This document shows, in pieces, positions 37,956-47,346 of a stretch of 64,000 nt of DNA. The position numbers and the translations under genes were made by a program. Position 1 is the stretch's first letter. Each line of letters opens with the position of its first letter. The notes under the pieces were generated by a model. The model was not told the DNA's origin, searched no databases, and worked only from the letters and a program-made list of their open reading frames with translations. The DNA comes from an uncultured Nitrososphaerota archaeon (GTDB taxonomy: Archaea > Korarchaeota > Korarchaeia > Korarchaeales > Korarchaeaceae): NCBI GenBank assembly GCA_964594835.1, contig CAZQNA010000007.1, positions 24,665 to 88,664 of the forward strand, given 5' to 3'.

Positions 37956-38468
37956 CTACGGGATGGCCGACCTCAGGGCGAGCCCGCCCAGCGCCATGCC
38001 GGCCCCTGTAAGGGCGAAGAGGGCCGCGAGGATGTACAGGAGGACGCTCAGGGATTTCACGGCCCCCCTGGCGCTCAGGGTGGCCGCGCGGGCGGCAGAG
38101 AGGTCCGGGACCTCAAGCGATCCCACGTCGCCCGCGAGGCCCTTGAGGCCCTCGGCCGCCTCGCTCAGGCTCTCGGCGTACCCCTCGAACGGTCTCACTC
38201 CCAAGATGCTCACGTTCCCCGCCCTCTCGGCCACCTCCTCGATCGAGTCCGCGAGCCTCTCGAGGTCTCCTGCGGCCTGGATCCCGCTTCGTTCGAGGGA
38301 CCTGAGGGACTCATCCACCTCGTCGAGGGCAATGCTCAGGTCGTCGATGGTCCTCTGGAGGCCTGCCCTCACCCTGTGGGTCTGAATGGCCAGGGCGGCG
38401 GAGCACAGGAGCAGGGCCAGTCCCACAAACGCCAGCGCAAGCCCCAACTGCTCGGGAGTGAGCGTCAT
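37956..38468 (-). CDS. Hypothetical membrane protein (TM, coiled coil, TM)
   Basis: Two hydrophobic ends flanking a heptad region. Confidence 0.55.
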   Translation of the reverse strand: MTLTPEQLGLALAFVGLALLLCSAALAIQTHRVRAGLQRTIDDLSIALDEVDESLRSLERSGIQAAGDLERLADSIEEVAERAGNVSILGVRPFEGYAESLSEAAEGLKGLAGDVGSLEVPDLSAARAATLSARGAVKSLSVLLYILAALFALTGAGMALGGLALRSAIP

Positions 38469-38531
38469 CTCCGTCTCGGGCTGGGGCCCTCGGCTTGCCT
38501 TTTTATGATGCCAGCCGGGGGGAGCCGCGGA

Positions 38532-38990
38532 ATGTTCCCGAGGGTCCTGTTTCCCACCGACTTCTCCGAGGAGGCGGTGTCGGCGGTCGAGGAGATACTC
38601 GCCTCAAGCCCCAGCAGGCCCGGGGAGCTGATCCTACTCCACGTCATAGACTCGAAGCTGCTGGAGGCAGTGGCCGAGGCGACGAGAGAGACCTACGGGA
38701 GCGAGGCAAGGGCGAGGGACGCGGCCTTCGAGGTCCTCAAGGGAGACGCCGAGAGGAGGCTGAGGGAGGTCTACGGGAGGATGGTAAAGCACGCCCAGAC
38801 TGTCCTGACGGAGGTCCGGGTCGGGAGACCGGCCCAGGAGATCGTGGAGTCGGCAGAGGAGCACGACGTCAACCTGATACTTATCCCCTCCAGGAGCACC
38901 GTTGGCATCAAGTCGCTGGTCTTTGGGAGCGTCGCCCTGGGCGTGCTCGAGCTGACCACGAGGCCCGTTCTCGTGGTGAAGCTCAGGTGA
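38532..38990 (+). CDS. Universal stress protein
   Basis: RVLFPTDFS, LLHVID, FGSVA, PVLVVK. Confidence 0.9.
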   Translation: MFPRVLFPTDFSEEAVSAVEEILASSPSRPGELILLHVIDSKLLEAVAEATRETYGSEARARDAAFEVLKGDAERRLREVYGRMVKHAQTVLTEVRVGRPAQEIVESAEEHDVNLILIPSRSTVGIKSLVFGSVALGVLELTTRPVLVVKLR

Positions 38991-39032
38991 CGGCGTCGGG
39001 GGGACTGAGGTCTTGGGAGGGGCTGTCTCACC

Positions 39033-39692
39033 TTGAGCGAACCTGAGTCCCAGTCCGTGAGGGAGAGGATAGAGGAGTTCGTCGAGGACCTCGAGGAGTC
39101 CCTGGAGGACGCCTGGTACGCCTTCAAGTCCTACGCCGAGATGACCAAGCTCGGCGAGGTGGCCAGGAGGTACGCCGTGACCAACTCCTTCGACGGCCTC
39201 CTCACAGTGCTTGGAGTGGTAGCGGGCTCCTACGTCTACGGGGTGGCCGACCCAAGGTCTGTGATAAGCGCGGGGGTGGGGGCGGTGGTGGGGATAGCCC
39301 TGTCGGCCGCCGTGGGGACGTACATCACCGAGATGGCCGAGAGATCCCAGGAGATAAGGGAGATGGAGGCAGCGGTGTTCACCAGCCTGAGGAGCTCCGT
39401 GGTGGCCAAGGCCCACAGGATATCCGCGGTGGTAATATCCCTGGCCAGCTCCCTGGTCCCGGCCTCCTTCACGACTCTTGCCATATCGCCCTTCCTGATG
39501 GCCGCAAGGGGGATTCTGACGGTGCAGGCCGCGTTCACGACCTCGATGGCTCTCATCCTGGCCTCCCTCTTCTTCCTCGGCGCGTACCTGGGGAGGATAT
39601 CTGGAGGGAGGATCCTGTTCTACGGCGCGGTGGAGGTCGGCGTCGGCGTGCTGATAGTGGTGGTCCTCCTGGCCCTCGGGGCGACCCCCTGA
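39033..39692 (+). CDS. VIT1/CCC1 family transporter
   Basis: NSFDG, GTYITE.AE, 5 TM. Confidence 0.8.
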   Translation: MSEPESQSVRERIEEFVEDLEESLEDAWYAFKSYAEMTKLGEVARRYAVTNSFDGLLTVLGVVAGSYVYGVADPRSVISAGVGAVVGIALSAAVGTYITEMAERSQEIREMEAAVFTSLRSSVVAKAHRISAVVISLASSLVPASFTTLAISPFLMAARGILTVQAAFTTSMALILASLFFLGAYLGRISGGRILFYGAVEVGVGVLIVVVLLALGATP

Positions 39693-39734
39693 GCCGGCGG
39701 GCCGGTTAAATTCTCCCGCTCGGGCGCGCCCCCT

Positions 39735-40076
39735 ATGGGCGGCGGGGTGGGAGAGGGTGACGTCCTGGTCGTGCTCACGACCGCCGTGGGGGACGGGGAG
39801 TCGGCGGCCAGGCTGGCCAGGACCCTGGTGGAGGAGCGCCTGGCGGCGTGCGTCAGCGTCGTCCCGGGGGTGAGGAGCGTCTACCGGTGGGAGGGAAGGG
39901 TGGTCGAGGACTCCGAGCACCTCCTGATCGTCAAGACCACAGAGTCGGGGTACGAGATGCTGGAGTCCAGGCTCAGGGAGATGCACCCCTACGAGGTGCC
40001 GGAGGTCATTGGGCTGAGGGTGGCCAGGGTCCTCGGGGCATACCTGAGCTGGCTGAGGGGGGCGGTCAAGCCTTGA
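39735..40076 (+). CDS. cutA: Divalent-cation tolerance protein CutA
   Basis: LAACV, SVYRWEG, HPYEVPE. Confidence 0.92.
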   Translation: MGGGVGEGDVLVVLTTAVGDGESAARLARTLVEERLAACVSVVPGVRSVYRWEGRVVEDSEHLLIVKTTESGYEMLESRLREMHPYEVPEVIGLRVARVLGAYLSWLRGAVKP

Positions 40077-41080
40077 GCGGTGGTGTGGTCAGCCTCGGGG
40101 AGATCGACGAGGTATACTCGCGTCAGATACCCCTCCTCGGGGTGGAGGGCCAGGAGAGGCTCTCCAAATCCAGAGTGGCGGTCGTCGGATTGGGGGGGCT
40201 CGGCTCTCCCATATCCACGTACCTAGCCGCCGCCGGGGTCTCGCTGAGGCTCGTCGACTGGGACCTCGTTGAGCCCTCGAACCTGAACCGACAGGTCCTC
40301 TACACCCGGGCAGATGTGGGGAGGCCGAAGGCCTTCGCCGCCGCCGAGAGGCTCAGGGCCCTCAACCCCGACGTGGACCTGGAGTCTTTCTACAGGCCGG
40401 TCGTAGGCAGGCTGGCCAGGGAGGTCGTCAGGGGCGTAGACCTGGTCATGGACGCAGCGGACAACGCAGCGGTCAGGGAGGCGGTGAACGAGGCCTGCGT
40501 CGCGGAGGGGGTGCCCCACACCTACGCCGCCGTGGACGGGTGGTTCGGCGCCTACGCGTTCTTCATGAGGCCCGGCGAGGATCCCTGCCTGGCCTGTCTC
40601 TTCCCCCAGGGCTTGAGGGACCACCCTGTTCACGTGGTGGGGCCGGTTCCGGCGCTCGTGGGGGCGGTTTCCGCGGCGGACGCGATAAAGCTCCTCTCGG
40701 GTGCGGGCCAGCCGACCAGGGGGAGGATGCTGATATTCGACCTGAGGGAGATGACCTTCGAGTCGGTGGAGATATCTAGGAACCCGGAGTGCAGGGTCTG
40801 CGGCAGGGGGGAGTACAGGGAGATAGACGAGGATCCGGGCAGGGTATTCAGCAGGGGGGGCTCGCACTTCTTCTTCGAGCCGCGTGTCAGACCGCTCGCT
40901 GCCCTCAGGAGGGCTAAGGAACTGGGGTGGAGGCCCCTGGAGGTCAGGCCCGAGTTCTCCAGGTTCGACTCGGGCGGGGTCGCGGTCGTGGCCTACTCGG
41001 AGGGCGGGGTGCTCGTGAAGGGGGCGCCCCTCGGGGAGGCCGAGCGCCTGATGGGAGACCTGCTCGGGCTCCAGCATTAA
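40073..41080 (+). CDS. ThiF/MoeB/UbaA E1-like adenylyltransferase
   Basis: YSRQ, GLGGLG, SNLNRQ, CLAC and CRVC zinc sites. Confidence 0.9.
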   Translation: MSGGVVSLGEIDEVYSRQIPLLGVEGQERLSKSRVAVVGLGGLGSPISTYLAAAGVSLRLVDWDLVEPSNLNRQVLYTRADVGRPKAFAAAERLRALNPDVDLESFYRPVVGRLAREVVRGVDLVMDAADNAAVREAVNEACVAEGVPHTYAAVDGWFGAYAFFMRPGEDPCLACLFPQGLRDHPVHVVGPVPALVGAVSAADAIKLLSGAGQPTRGRMLIFDLREMTFESVEISRNPECRVCGRGEYREIDEDPGRVFSRGGSHFFFEPRVRPLAALRRAKELGWRPLEVRPEFSRFDSGGVAVVAYSEGGVLVKGAPLGEAERLMGDLLGLQH

Positions 41081-41114
41081 TTTCTGTACTCAACCCGCCG
41101 CTCGGTCGGTCGCC

Positions 41115-43019
41115 TTGCTGGCCAAGACCGTTAGGGAGTGCGCGAGGCTAGCCGACGGCAGGCGGGCCCTTGACGACGTCTGGGGAATCTCTCTCCACCA
41201 CAGGATTCAGGCCTCTCCAGGATTCGACGCCGCCGTGGAGTTCGCTAGGGGACTCCTGGAGGAGGCGGGGCTCGAGGTGAGGGTCTACGACTACCAGGCC
41301 GACGGGAGGACGGAGTACTGGGGGTGGGTGGCTCCGGTGGGCTGGGAGGTCAGGGACGCCGAGCTCTGGATGGTGGAGCCGGAGAGGGAGCTGATAGCCA
41401 CGTTATCGAGGCACCCAACCGTGGTGGCCGCCCACAGTGCCCCCACTGAGGGGTGGGAGGAGGCCGAACTCGTGGACGTCGGAGAGGGCGTGTCTGAGAG
41501 GGACTACGACGCGCCAGTGTCCGGGAAGATCGTGCTGGCTGGTGGGAGGGCGAGCCTGGTCCACAGGATGGCCGTGATGAGGAGGGGTGCCAGGGGGACG
41601 CTCACGTACTCCAACCAGTCGGACCCCGGAAGCTTCCCCTACGTCGGAATCTGGCCCACGGCAGAGGAGCTGGGTAAGATGGGGGTGGCGCTGACCGTCT
41701 CGAGGGAGTGGGCGGACAGGCTCAGGTCGCTCCTCGCCAGGGGGGAGAGGGTCAGGCTGCGGTTCCGCGTAGACGCGGAGTACCGGGAGTCCCGCCTGAG
41801 GGTGCTCGAGGCCAGGATACCGGGGGAGGAGGATCTAGACGTCCTCCTCATCGCCCACATATGCCACCCAAGGCCAGGCGCCCACGATAACGCCTCCGGC
41901 GTGGCCGCGGCCGTGGAGGCGGCCAGGGTAGTCTCCCAGCTCCAGGCCGGCGGGAGGAGGCTTAGGATGGGATTCAGGCTCTGGCTGGTCCCGGAGTTCA
42001 CGGGGACCATAGCCCACCTCTCTTCTAACCCGGACCTCCCCTCCCTCCTGGCCGCGGTCCTGAACCTGGACATGGTGGGCTCCGACCTGTCCGTCACCGG
42101 CGGCACCCTGTCGGTCGTTGGCTTTCCGCTCTACTCCCCCTCCTTCATGCCCCTCCTGGCCCACAGGGCCCTGGAGGTTGCCCTCTCCACTAGGCAGTAC
42201 TTCGAGGGCCACTCCGTCCCCTGGGCACCCCTCGCCCTGAACCCGTACTCCGACGGGAGCGACCACCACGTGTTCGCTGACCCGAAGGTGGGCGTGCCGC
42301 AGGCGGCCTACGGCGAGTGGCCAGACAGGTACTACCACACCGACGGCGACGTTCCGTCGAACCTGGACCCCAGGCTGCTGGAGGCGGTCGCCTCGGCGGC
42401 CGCGGGCCTGGCCGTGGAGCTCGCCTCATCCGACGCAGAGGGCCTCAGGTCCCTGGCCAGGCTCACGGCGGCCCTCGCGAGGAGGCACGGCTGCAGGGAG
42501 CTGGCCGCCCTGGCAGAGTCGGGCGGCCCCAGGGCTGAGATGAGGATGTTCCAGATCCCCACGGCCTACGGGAAGGCGGTCTCCTCGCTGACGAGGATCT
42601 CAGGCGAGGACGGGTTCGCTCAATACGTCAGGTCACTCGCCGACCGCGTCTCGGCTGACCTGGCTGGCGTCAAGAGGGAGCTGGCCCCAAACACCTCGTC
42701 TCCAGGGGTGGAGACCGGCCCGGGATCGGACGAGAGGTTCAGGAGGCTCGTGCCCGGCCCCCTACCCTACATGCGGCTGATGAGGCGGTTGAGGGTCGAG
42801 GATTACCTGAAGTACCTGAGGGATCGCAGGCTGTCCACGGTCGCGTATCACGTCCTCTACGCCCTTTCGCTCAGGGAGGACCTGGGAGGGGCCTACGAGC
42901 TCACCCTATCCGAGGTCGAGGTGAGCTGGGAGGACTTCAGGTCCGTGGTCAGGGACCTGGTTTCCGCGGGCCTCGCCGAGCCGGTCCCCTCCGGGGGGAG
43001 GCGCGCCCGGGAGGGCTGA
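41115..43019 (+). CDS. DUF4910/M28-like aminopeptidase with PA domain
   Basis: HRIQAS, AHICHP, DNASG, PEFTG, NLDMVG, GSDH, YHT. Confidence 0.8.
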   Translation: MLAKTVRECARLADGRRALDDVWGISLHHRIQASPGFDAAVEFARGLLEEAGLEVRVYDYQADGRTEYWGWVAPVGWEVRDAELWMVEPERELIATLSRHPTVVAAHSAPTEGWEEAELVDVGEGVSERDYDAPVSGKIVLAGGRASLVHRMAVMRRGARGTLTYSNQSDPGSFPYVGIWPTAEELGKMGVALTVSREWADRLRSLLARGERVRLRFRVDAEYRESRLRVLEARIPGEEDLDVLLIAHICHPRPGAHDNASGVAAAVEAARVVSQLQAGGRRLRMGFRLWLVPEFTGTIAHLSSNPDLPSLLAAVLNLDMVGSDLSVTGGTLSVVGFPLYSPSFMPLLAHRALEVALSTRQYFEGHSVPWAPLALNPYSDGSDHHVFADPKVGVPQAAYGEWPDRYYHTDGDVPSNLDPRLLEAVASAAAGLAVELASSDAEGLRSLARLTAALARRHGCRELAALAESGGPRAEMRMFQIPTAYGKAVSSLTRISGEDGFAQYVRSLADRVSADLAGVKRELAPNTSSPGVETGPGSDERFRRLVPGPLPYMRLMRRLRVEDYLKYLRDRRLSTVAYHVLYALSLREDLGGAYELTLSEVEVSWEDFRSVVRDLVSAGLAEPVPSGGRRAREG

Positions 43020-44153
43020 TCACTTTCCCTCCCCCGGCTCCACCCGCAGGGGACCTCGGAGCACCCTGGCCCCCGGCTGGATCTCCACGGACCTGTGGTA
43101 GAGGAGTTCTTCCACCTCGGCCCCAGGGTCCACGTGGACCTCCCCGCCCGTCACCCTCCTGACCCTCGCGCCTTGGAGTATCCACACCTTGTCGGCCCTC
43201 ACGTCCTCCACCTCGGCGTACCTGCTCACCACGACCTCCTCTCCCACGAGCAGACCGTCGATCTTGGCCCTCCTCCCCACGGCTATCCTCCTGGCTTCAA
43301 AGACCTCGCCGCTCGCCCTCCCCCTGACCTCGAACTCCTCCCTGGCCGTGAGCCTCCTCACGTTCACCCTTCCGCCGACCTCCACGCTCTCGGCCTCGAC
43401 ATCCTCGCCCACCTTCAGCCTCCCGCCCACCTCCAGGGAGCTGGTGAGCCTTATCCTGCCGCCCACCCTGGCGGCCCCGCCGACATCCATGACCCCGCCG
43501 TCTATGGACCCCTGGACCTCGACGAGCCCTCCCACGTCGAGCTCCTCAACCCTCAGATCTCCCTTGACCCGGAGCACCCCGCCGACGTAGCACCTGGTCA
43601 GCGATGCCGAGCCCGCCACGTCTACTGATCCCCCCACGTCTATCGTCTCCGCCCTGAGGTCCCCGGAGCACCTGAGCACCCCGCCGACCCTTACCTCGGC
43701 GGCCCTCAGGCTCTTGAGTATCACCGATCCCCTCGCCTCGAGTTCGAGCACCTCCGTGTCTCCGGCCCTCATGGGTCCGCCGACGTCGACTCTGTCGGCC
43801 TCGAGGCTCTCGTAGACCCTCGCAGATCCTCCCACGTCGAGCGAACCGGCCTTGAGGGACCTGCACCTGAGGGAACCCCCTATATCGAGGGAGCTCCCTA
43901 CTTCAACTCTCCCTGAGACCCTAAGGCTCCTAGACACCTCCGCGTCGAGCCTGAGCTTCAGGTCTCCTAGTACGTTCACGCTGCCGTCGGCTTCAAGAGA
44001 CTCAGCCCGGAGCCCTCCCTCAAAGAGCGCGTCTCCCTCACAAATCACTGGACCGTTGACTATCACATGGCCTCCAGATACCGAGATGACCGTTGCCCCG
44101 TCGGGAACTAGGAGCCGATCCACATTTTCTTTAACCCTCAGTGTCCTGTCCAA
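43020..44153 (-). CDS. Polymer-forming (bactofilin-like) beta-helix repeat protein
   Basis: Many V.GG...V.G.L repeats of about 16-17 aa. Confidence 0.65.
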   Translation of the reverse strand: MDRTLRVKENVDRLLVPDGATVISVSGGHVIVNGPVICEGDALFEGGLRAESLEADGSVNVLGDLKLRLDAEVSRSLRVSGRVEVGSSLDIGGSLRCRSLKAGSLDVGGSARVYESLEADRVDVGGPMRAGDTEVLELEARGSVILKSLRAAEVRVGGVLRCSGDLRAETIDVGGSVDVAGSASLTRCYVGGVLRVKGDLRVEELDVGGLVEVQGSIDGGVMDVGGAARVGGRIRLTSSLEVGGRLKVGEDVEAESVEVGGRVNVRRLTAREEFEVRGRASGEVFEARRIAVGRRAKIDGLLVGEEVVVSRYAEVEDVRADKVWILQGARVRRVTGGEVHVDPGAEVEELLYHRSVEIQPGARVLRGPLRVEPGEGK

Positions 44154-44254
44154 GGCCTCTCACCACGCACCTGGTTTCACCGGCAGCTTAAACAATAAGA
44201 AGAGATAGATTCACCTACTCACTCGCTATAGATAAGCAGGGCCCTCGCCTTATG

Positions 44255-45325
44255 TTAGAAAAAGCTTGAATAAACCTGTAGGATCCTGTGCTCGAACTTC
44301 TCCCAGATCAGGTGTTCTCTTGCGAATTCCATGGTCTCTAAACCTCTCCTGACAAGGTGATGAATGTCATCCCTGTAAGTTCTTAACATATCTCGAAGTT
44401 CGTCAAAGTCCGAGAAGGTCTGTACGTGTTCATCCAGATATCTCAAGACCGGCAGCATATCGTCAATCGTCCAAACGTCTAGACCTGAGTGGGCGTATTC
44501 GTAAGCTTTGTTTGGGTTACAGTATCTATGGTAATAATATCTTTTCCATGGTATGAGACCTATGTGAAAATTAACGAGAACACGGAAGAGTTTAGCGTGA
44601 CTGATGTATCCTAAGGAGTAGATGGGGGGCGAGGACCTTAATTTTCGGTCCCCTATTACCATAAGGTCGCCAACATCTTCACGGAGAAATATGTCAGCTA
44701 GTCCGGAGGCATCTCTGTGAGGAGGAAATGGAGGGGTTAAGCTTCCTATGTAAGCAGACCTTAAACGGTTTAGCCTAATTTCCCTCTTGCTTATCTCGTT
44801 TACCTCGCTGATCGTGGGAAAGTTAGGCACAACGGACACTCGTGGATTCAATTTCATGTATTCCCTGGCAATCTCTTCACTTACCGTAAATGCGGCCTCT
44901 GCCCTTTGAAGAACCTCCTTCTCCCACCTAGCCCACACGGTGGCCTTAATGGAACTTGGAACGAACCTTCCGGGGTACCGCACCCTCGCCCAGTACTCAT
45001 GACCATCGTATACAAATGGTAGGGCCAACTCAGCCGCAAGTTTTCCCGCTATCACGTTATGTGCATGTACGATATCCGGCCTTAACTTATCTACTAGTTT
45101 CTTTACTTCGCCTTTAAGCCGTTGATACCATAGGGGGATCCCCAGCCTAGCTGCCTTTGTGAAACTTAAGGTGAATATTCCATTGAAAACCCTTCCTTGA
45201 CCCTCATAACCACCTTTTCCGGCGAAGTAGGATTCCACCCCGGCCTTAGAAAGAGTCCCGGCGATCTTCTCCACTCTTGGGTCTGGAAGCCCATCTTGGC
45301 TCAGGTGGAGAACTCTCAAGACCAC
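44255..45325 (-). CDS. Glycosyltransferase family 4 (GT-B)
   Basis: DPRV, DIVHAH, YDGHE, PNKAYEY. Confidence 0.8.
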   Translation of the reverse strand: MVLRVLHLSQDGLPDPRVEKIAGTLSKAGVESYFAGKGGYEGQGRVFNGIFTLSFTKAARLGIPLWYQRLKGEVKKLVDKLRPDIVHAHNVIAGKLAAELALPFVYDGHEYWARVRYPGRFVPSSIKATVWARWEKEVLQRAEAAFTVSEEIAREYMKLNPRVSVVPNFPTISEVNEISKREIRLNRLRSAYIGSLTPPFPPHRDASGLADIFLREDVGDLMVIGDRKLRSSPPIYSLGYISHAKLFRVLVNFHIGLIPWKRYYYHRYCNPNKAYEYAHSGLDVWTIDDMLPVLRYLDEHVQTFSDFDELRDMLRTYRDDIHHLVRRGLETMEFAREHLIWEKFEHRILQVYSSFF

Positions 45326-45476
45326 AGTCGAAGCTACTCAGAAGTCTATTTAAGCGTGCGTGAATGAAATCTTAGCTATATACTTAATTCCAGTTTAAAT
45401 GCTACTTTATGTACAAGCGAGCTGATCAGTTACAAATAATATTTTTGCAAATACAGGGAAAAATAACAACTTGTCC

Positions 45477-46247
45477 TTAGCGTTCCCGACGACGACTGAC
45501 GGACTCCCAGACATACCCCACAATCACGAACGGTCTCACTCTGACGATGGAGTGGGCGAGCGTTCTCAGGAAGCCCACATTTAGCCTCCTCCTGGCCCTT
45601 TCCGTCTCTATCTGATGCTTAATGATGGACTTCAGCGTTAGTTCGGGCCTGTACTCCCACACCAGGGCCTCTCTGACTAGCAGACTCTCATACCCACTCT
45701 TTCTGAGCTTTTGATCAAGGGCCGTGTCAAACGTCGGCCTGTCACAGTCAAACCCTCCTATGTCATCTATCACATCCCTGAGGAACAGCCTGAAGGCCCC
45801 TCTCGGCTCCCTGCCAAGCGGCGCTAGTCTGTAGTTAAGGTCCCTCAACCTGAACAGGAGATCCAGCCACCACTTTCCAGTCCTCGTCTTCACGTCCGCT
45901 GCCACGCACCCCACATTCCCAGTAAGGTGTGGAAGCAGCTTTAGGAGAGTGTCTGGCGGGGCCCGAACGTCTGCGTCGACCTTCCCAACTATCTCACCGT
46001 CAGTTCTCTCAAACCCATAAGAGACCGCCTCGGTTATTGGAGAGACGCACTCTCCTCTCCAGGGCTTTTCGATCGTTCGAACCCCCTTGGTCCGGCATAT
46101 CTCACCCGTCCGGTCCGTGCAACGGTCTAGGACTATGACGTGCTCTAGAGTGAATCCCTCCGGGACCGTCAGAGATCTAACTGACTCTATGCATCCCTCA
46201 ATGACCTTCTCCTCGTTATGTGCTGGAGTTATGATCGTTATCTTCAT
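45477..46247 (-). CDS. Glycosyltransferase family 2
   Basis: PAHNEE, DRCTDRT, VDAD, GGFD. Confidence 0.85.
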   Translation of the reverse strand: MKITIITPAHNEEKVIEGCIESVRSLTVPEGFTLEHVIVLDRCTDRTGEICRTKGVRTIEKPWRGECVSPITEAVSYGFERTDGEIVGKVDADVRAPPDTLLKLLPHLTGNVGCVAADVKTRTGKWWLDLLFRLRDLNYRLAPLGREPRGAFRLFLRDVIDDIGGFDCDRPTFDTALDQKLRKSGYESLLVREALVWEYRPELTLKSIIKHQIETERARRRLNVGFLRTLAHSIVRVRPFVIVGYVWESVSRRRER

Positions 46248-46270
46248 CAGGCTCAGCCGTCCCGCCCGGC

Positions 46271-47104
46271 TCAATCGGATTGTTTCTTCACTCCGCGTAT
46301 CCACGCCTTGTAAAGCTCGTCGACTTCGATAGCGCCGGTGATTAATGGGGTCCTCACGCGAGACACGCTCCTGAGATACCGAATGTCCTTGGGCAGGCAG
46401 GCTCCGCCAATACCATCCCTAGCTTCTAGGATCTCTATGTTCCACTTCGTATTTGCGGCACCTCTAACCTCTTCGAAGTCAAGCCCAAGAGACTCGCAGA
46501 TGAGCCTAAGCTCCTCGGCGAATGCTATCTGAACAAATCTGTACGCATTTTCCGCTATTTTCGTCATCTCTGCGACTTCGATGCTGGACACCACGTGAAG
46601 CGGAATGTCCAAGTGAGCGTAGAACTCCTTGGCTACCCTCAGACTGTCATCGTTTAGTGCGCCAAGCACGCGCACCTGCCTTACACCATGTCTTTCCGGA
46701 TCTCCGGGCCAGTACCTGTGGGGGACATGCGCCACGAGGTTCAGAGATAATCTGTCTGCCATCTTTCTAAGCGTTCCGACTGGGACGGTACTCTCGACAG
46801 AGACTAGCGCCTCCCTGTTGCTCTTGGATATCTTACCCATGACATCCTCCAAGGCCGACAGATCAGGGGCCCCGCTTCGGATTCCAGTCCAGACGGTCAC
46901 GACGTACACGTCTATTTCCTCATGCGGAAGGTCCTCCCACTTTGTCGTGAAGAAAAACTCCTTAACGTTCTTCTCAACGATGTCGTATCCGTATACTTCG
47001 GTCCCCTCGACGCCAGCCATGTACTTGGCCGTGGGAAGACCTACAGTCCCGAGGCCCGCCACTACGACCGTCCACCTGGCCATTTTTCCGGAGTCGCCTC
47101 CCAT
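46271..47104 (-). CDS. UDP-sugar (UDP-Glc/GDP-Man/ManNAc family) dehydrogenase, short form
   Basis: GLGTVG, ESTVPVGT, KIAENAYR, GGACLPKD. Confidence 0.82.
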   Translation of the reverse strand: MGGDSGKMARWTVVVAGLGTVGLPTAKYMAGVEGTEVYGYDIVEKNVKEFFFTTKWEDLPHEEIDVYVVTVWTGIRSGAPDLSALEDVMGKISKSNREALVSVESTVPVGTLRKMADRLSLNLVAHVPHRYWPGDPERHGVRQVRVLGALNDDSLRVAKEFYAHLDIPLHVVSSIEVAEMTKIAENAYRFVQIAFAEELRLICESLGLDFEEVRGAANTKWNIEILEARDGIGGACLPKDIRYLRSVSRVRTPLITGAIEVDELYKAWIRGVKKQSD

Positions 47105-47346
47105 GGATATATAATACTCTCAATTACGGCGGGCCCTCAGCCCTACCACCGTTACACGGTCAAGTGATCAGCTCATAACAACGTTTTGACGTGGGTGGCC
47201 TCTTGAGAGAGTGCCCTCCTGTCCTAGATATTGATTGAGGCTTTCCCAGGGGAGTCAGAACTCAGCTGCCTGCGCCGGTGGGGCGCCTGCTAATTAGATT
47301 TGAGGACAAAGCGGCGCAGCTGAACCTACTGAGGTGATGCTGGGGT

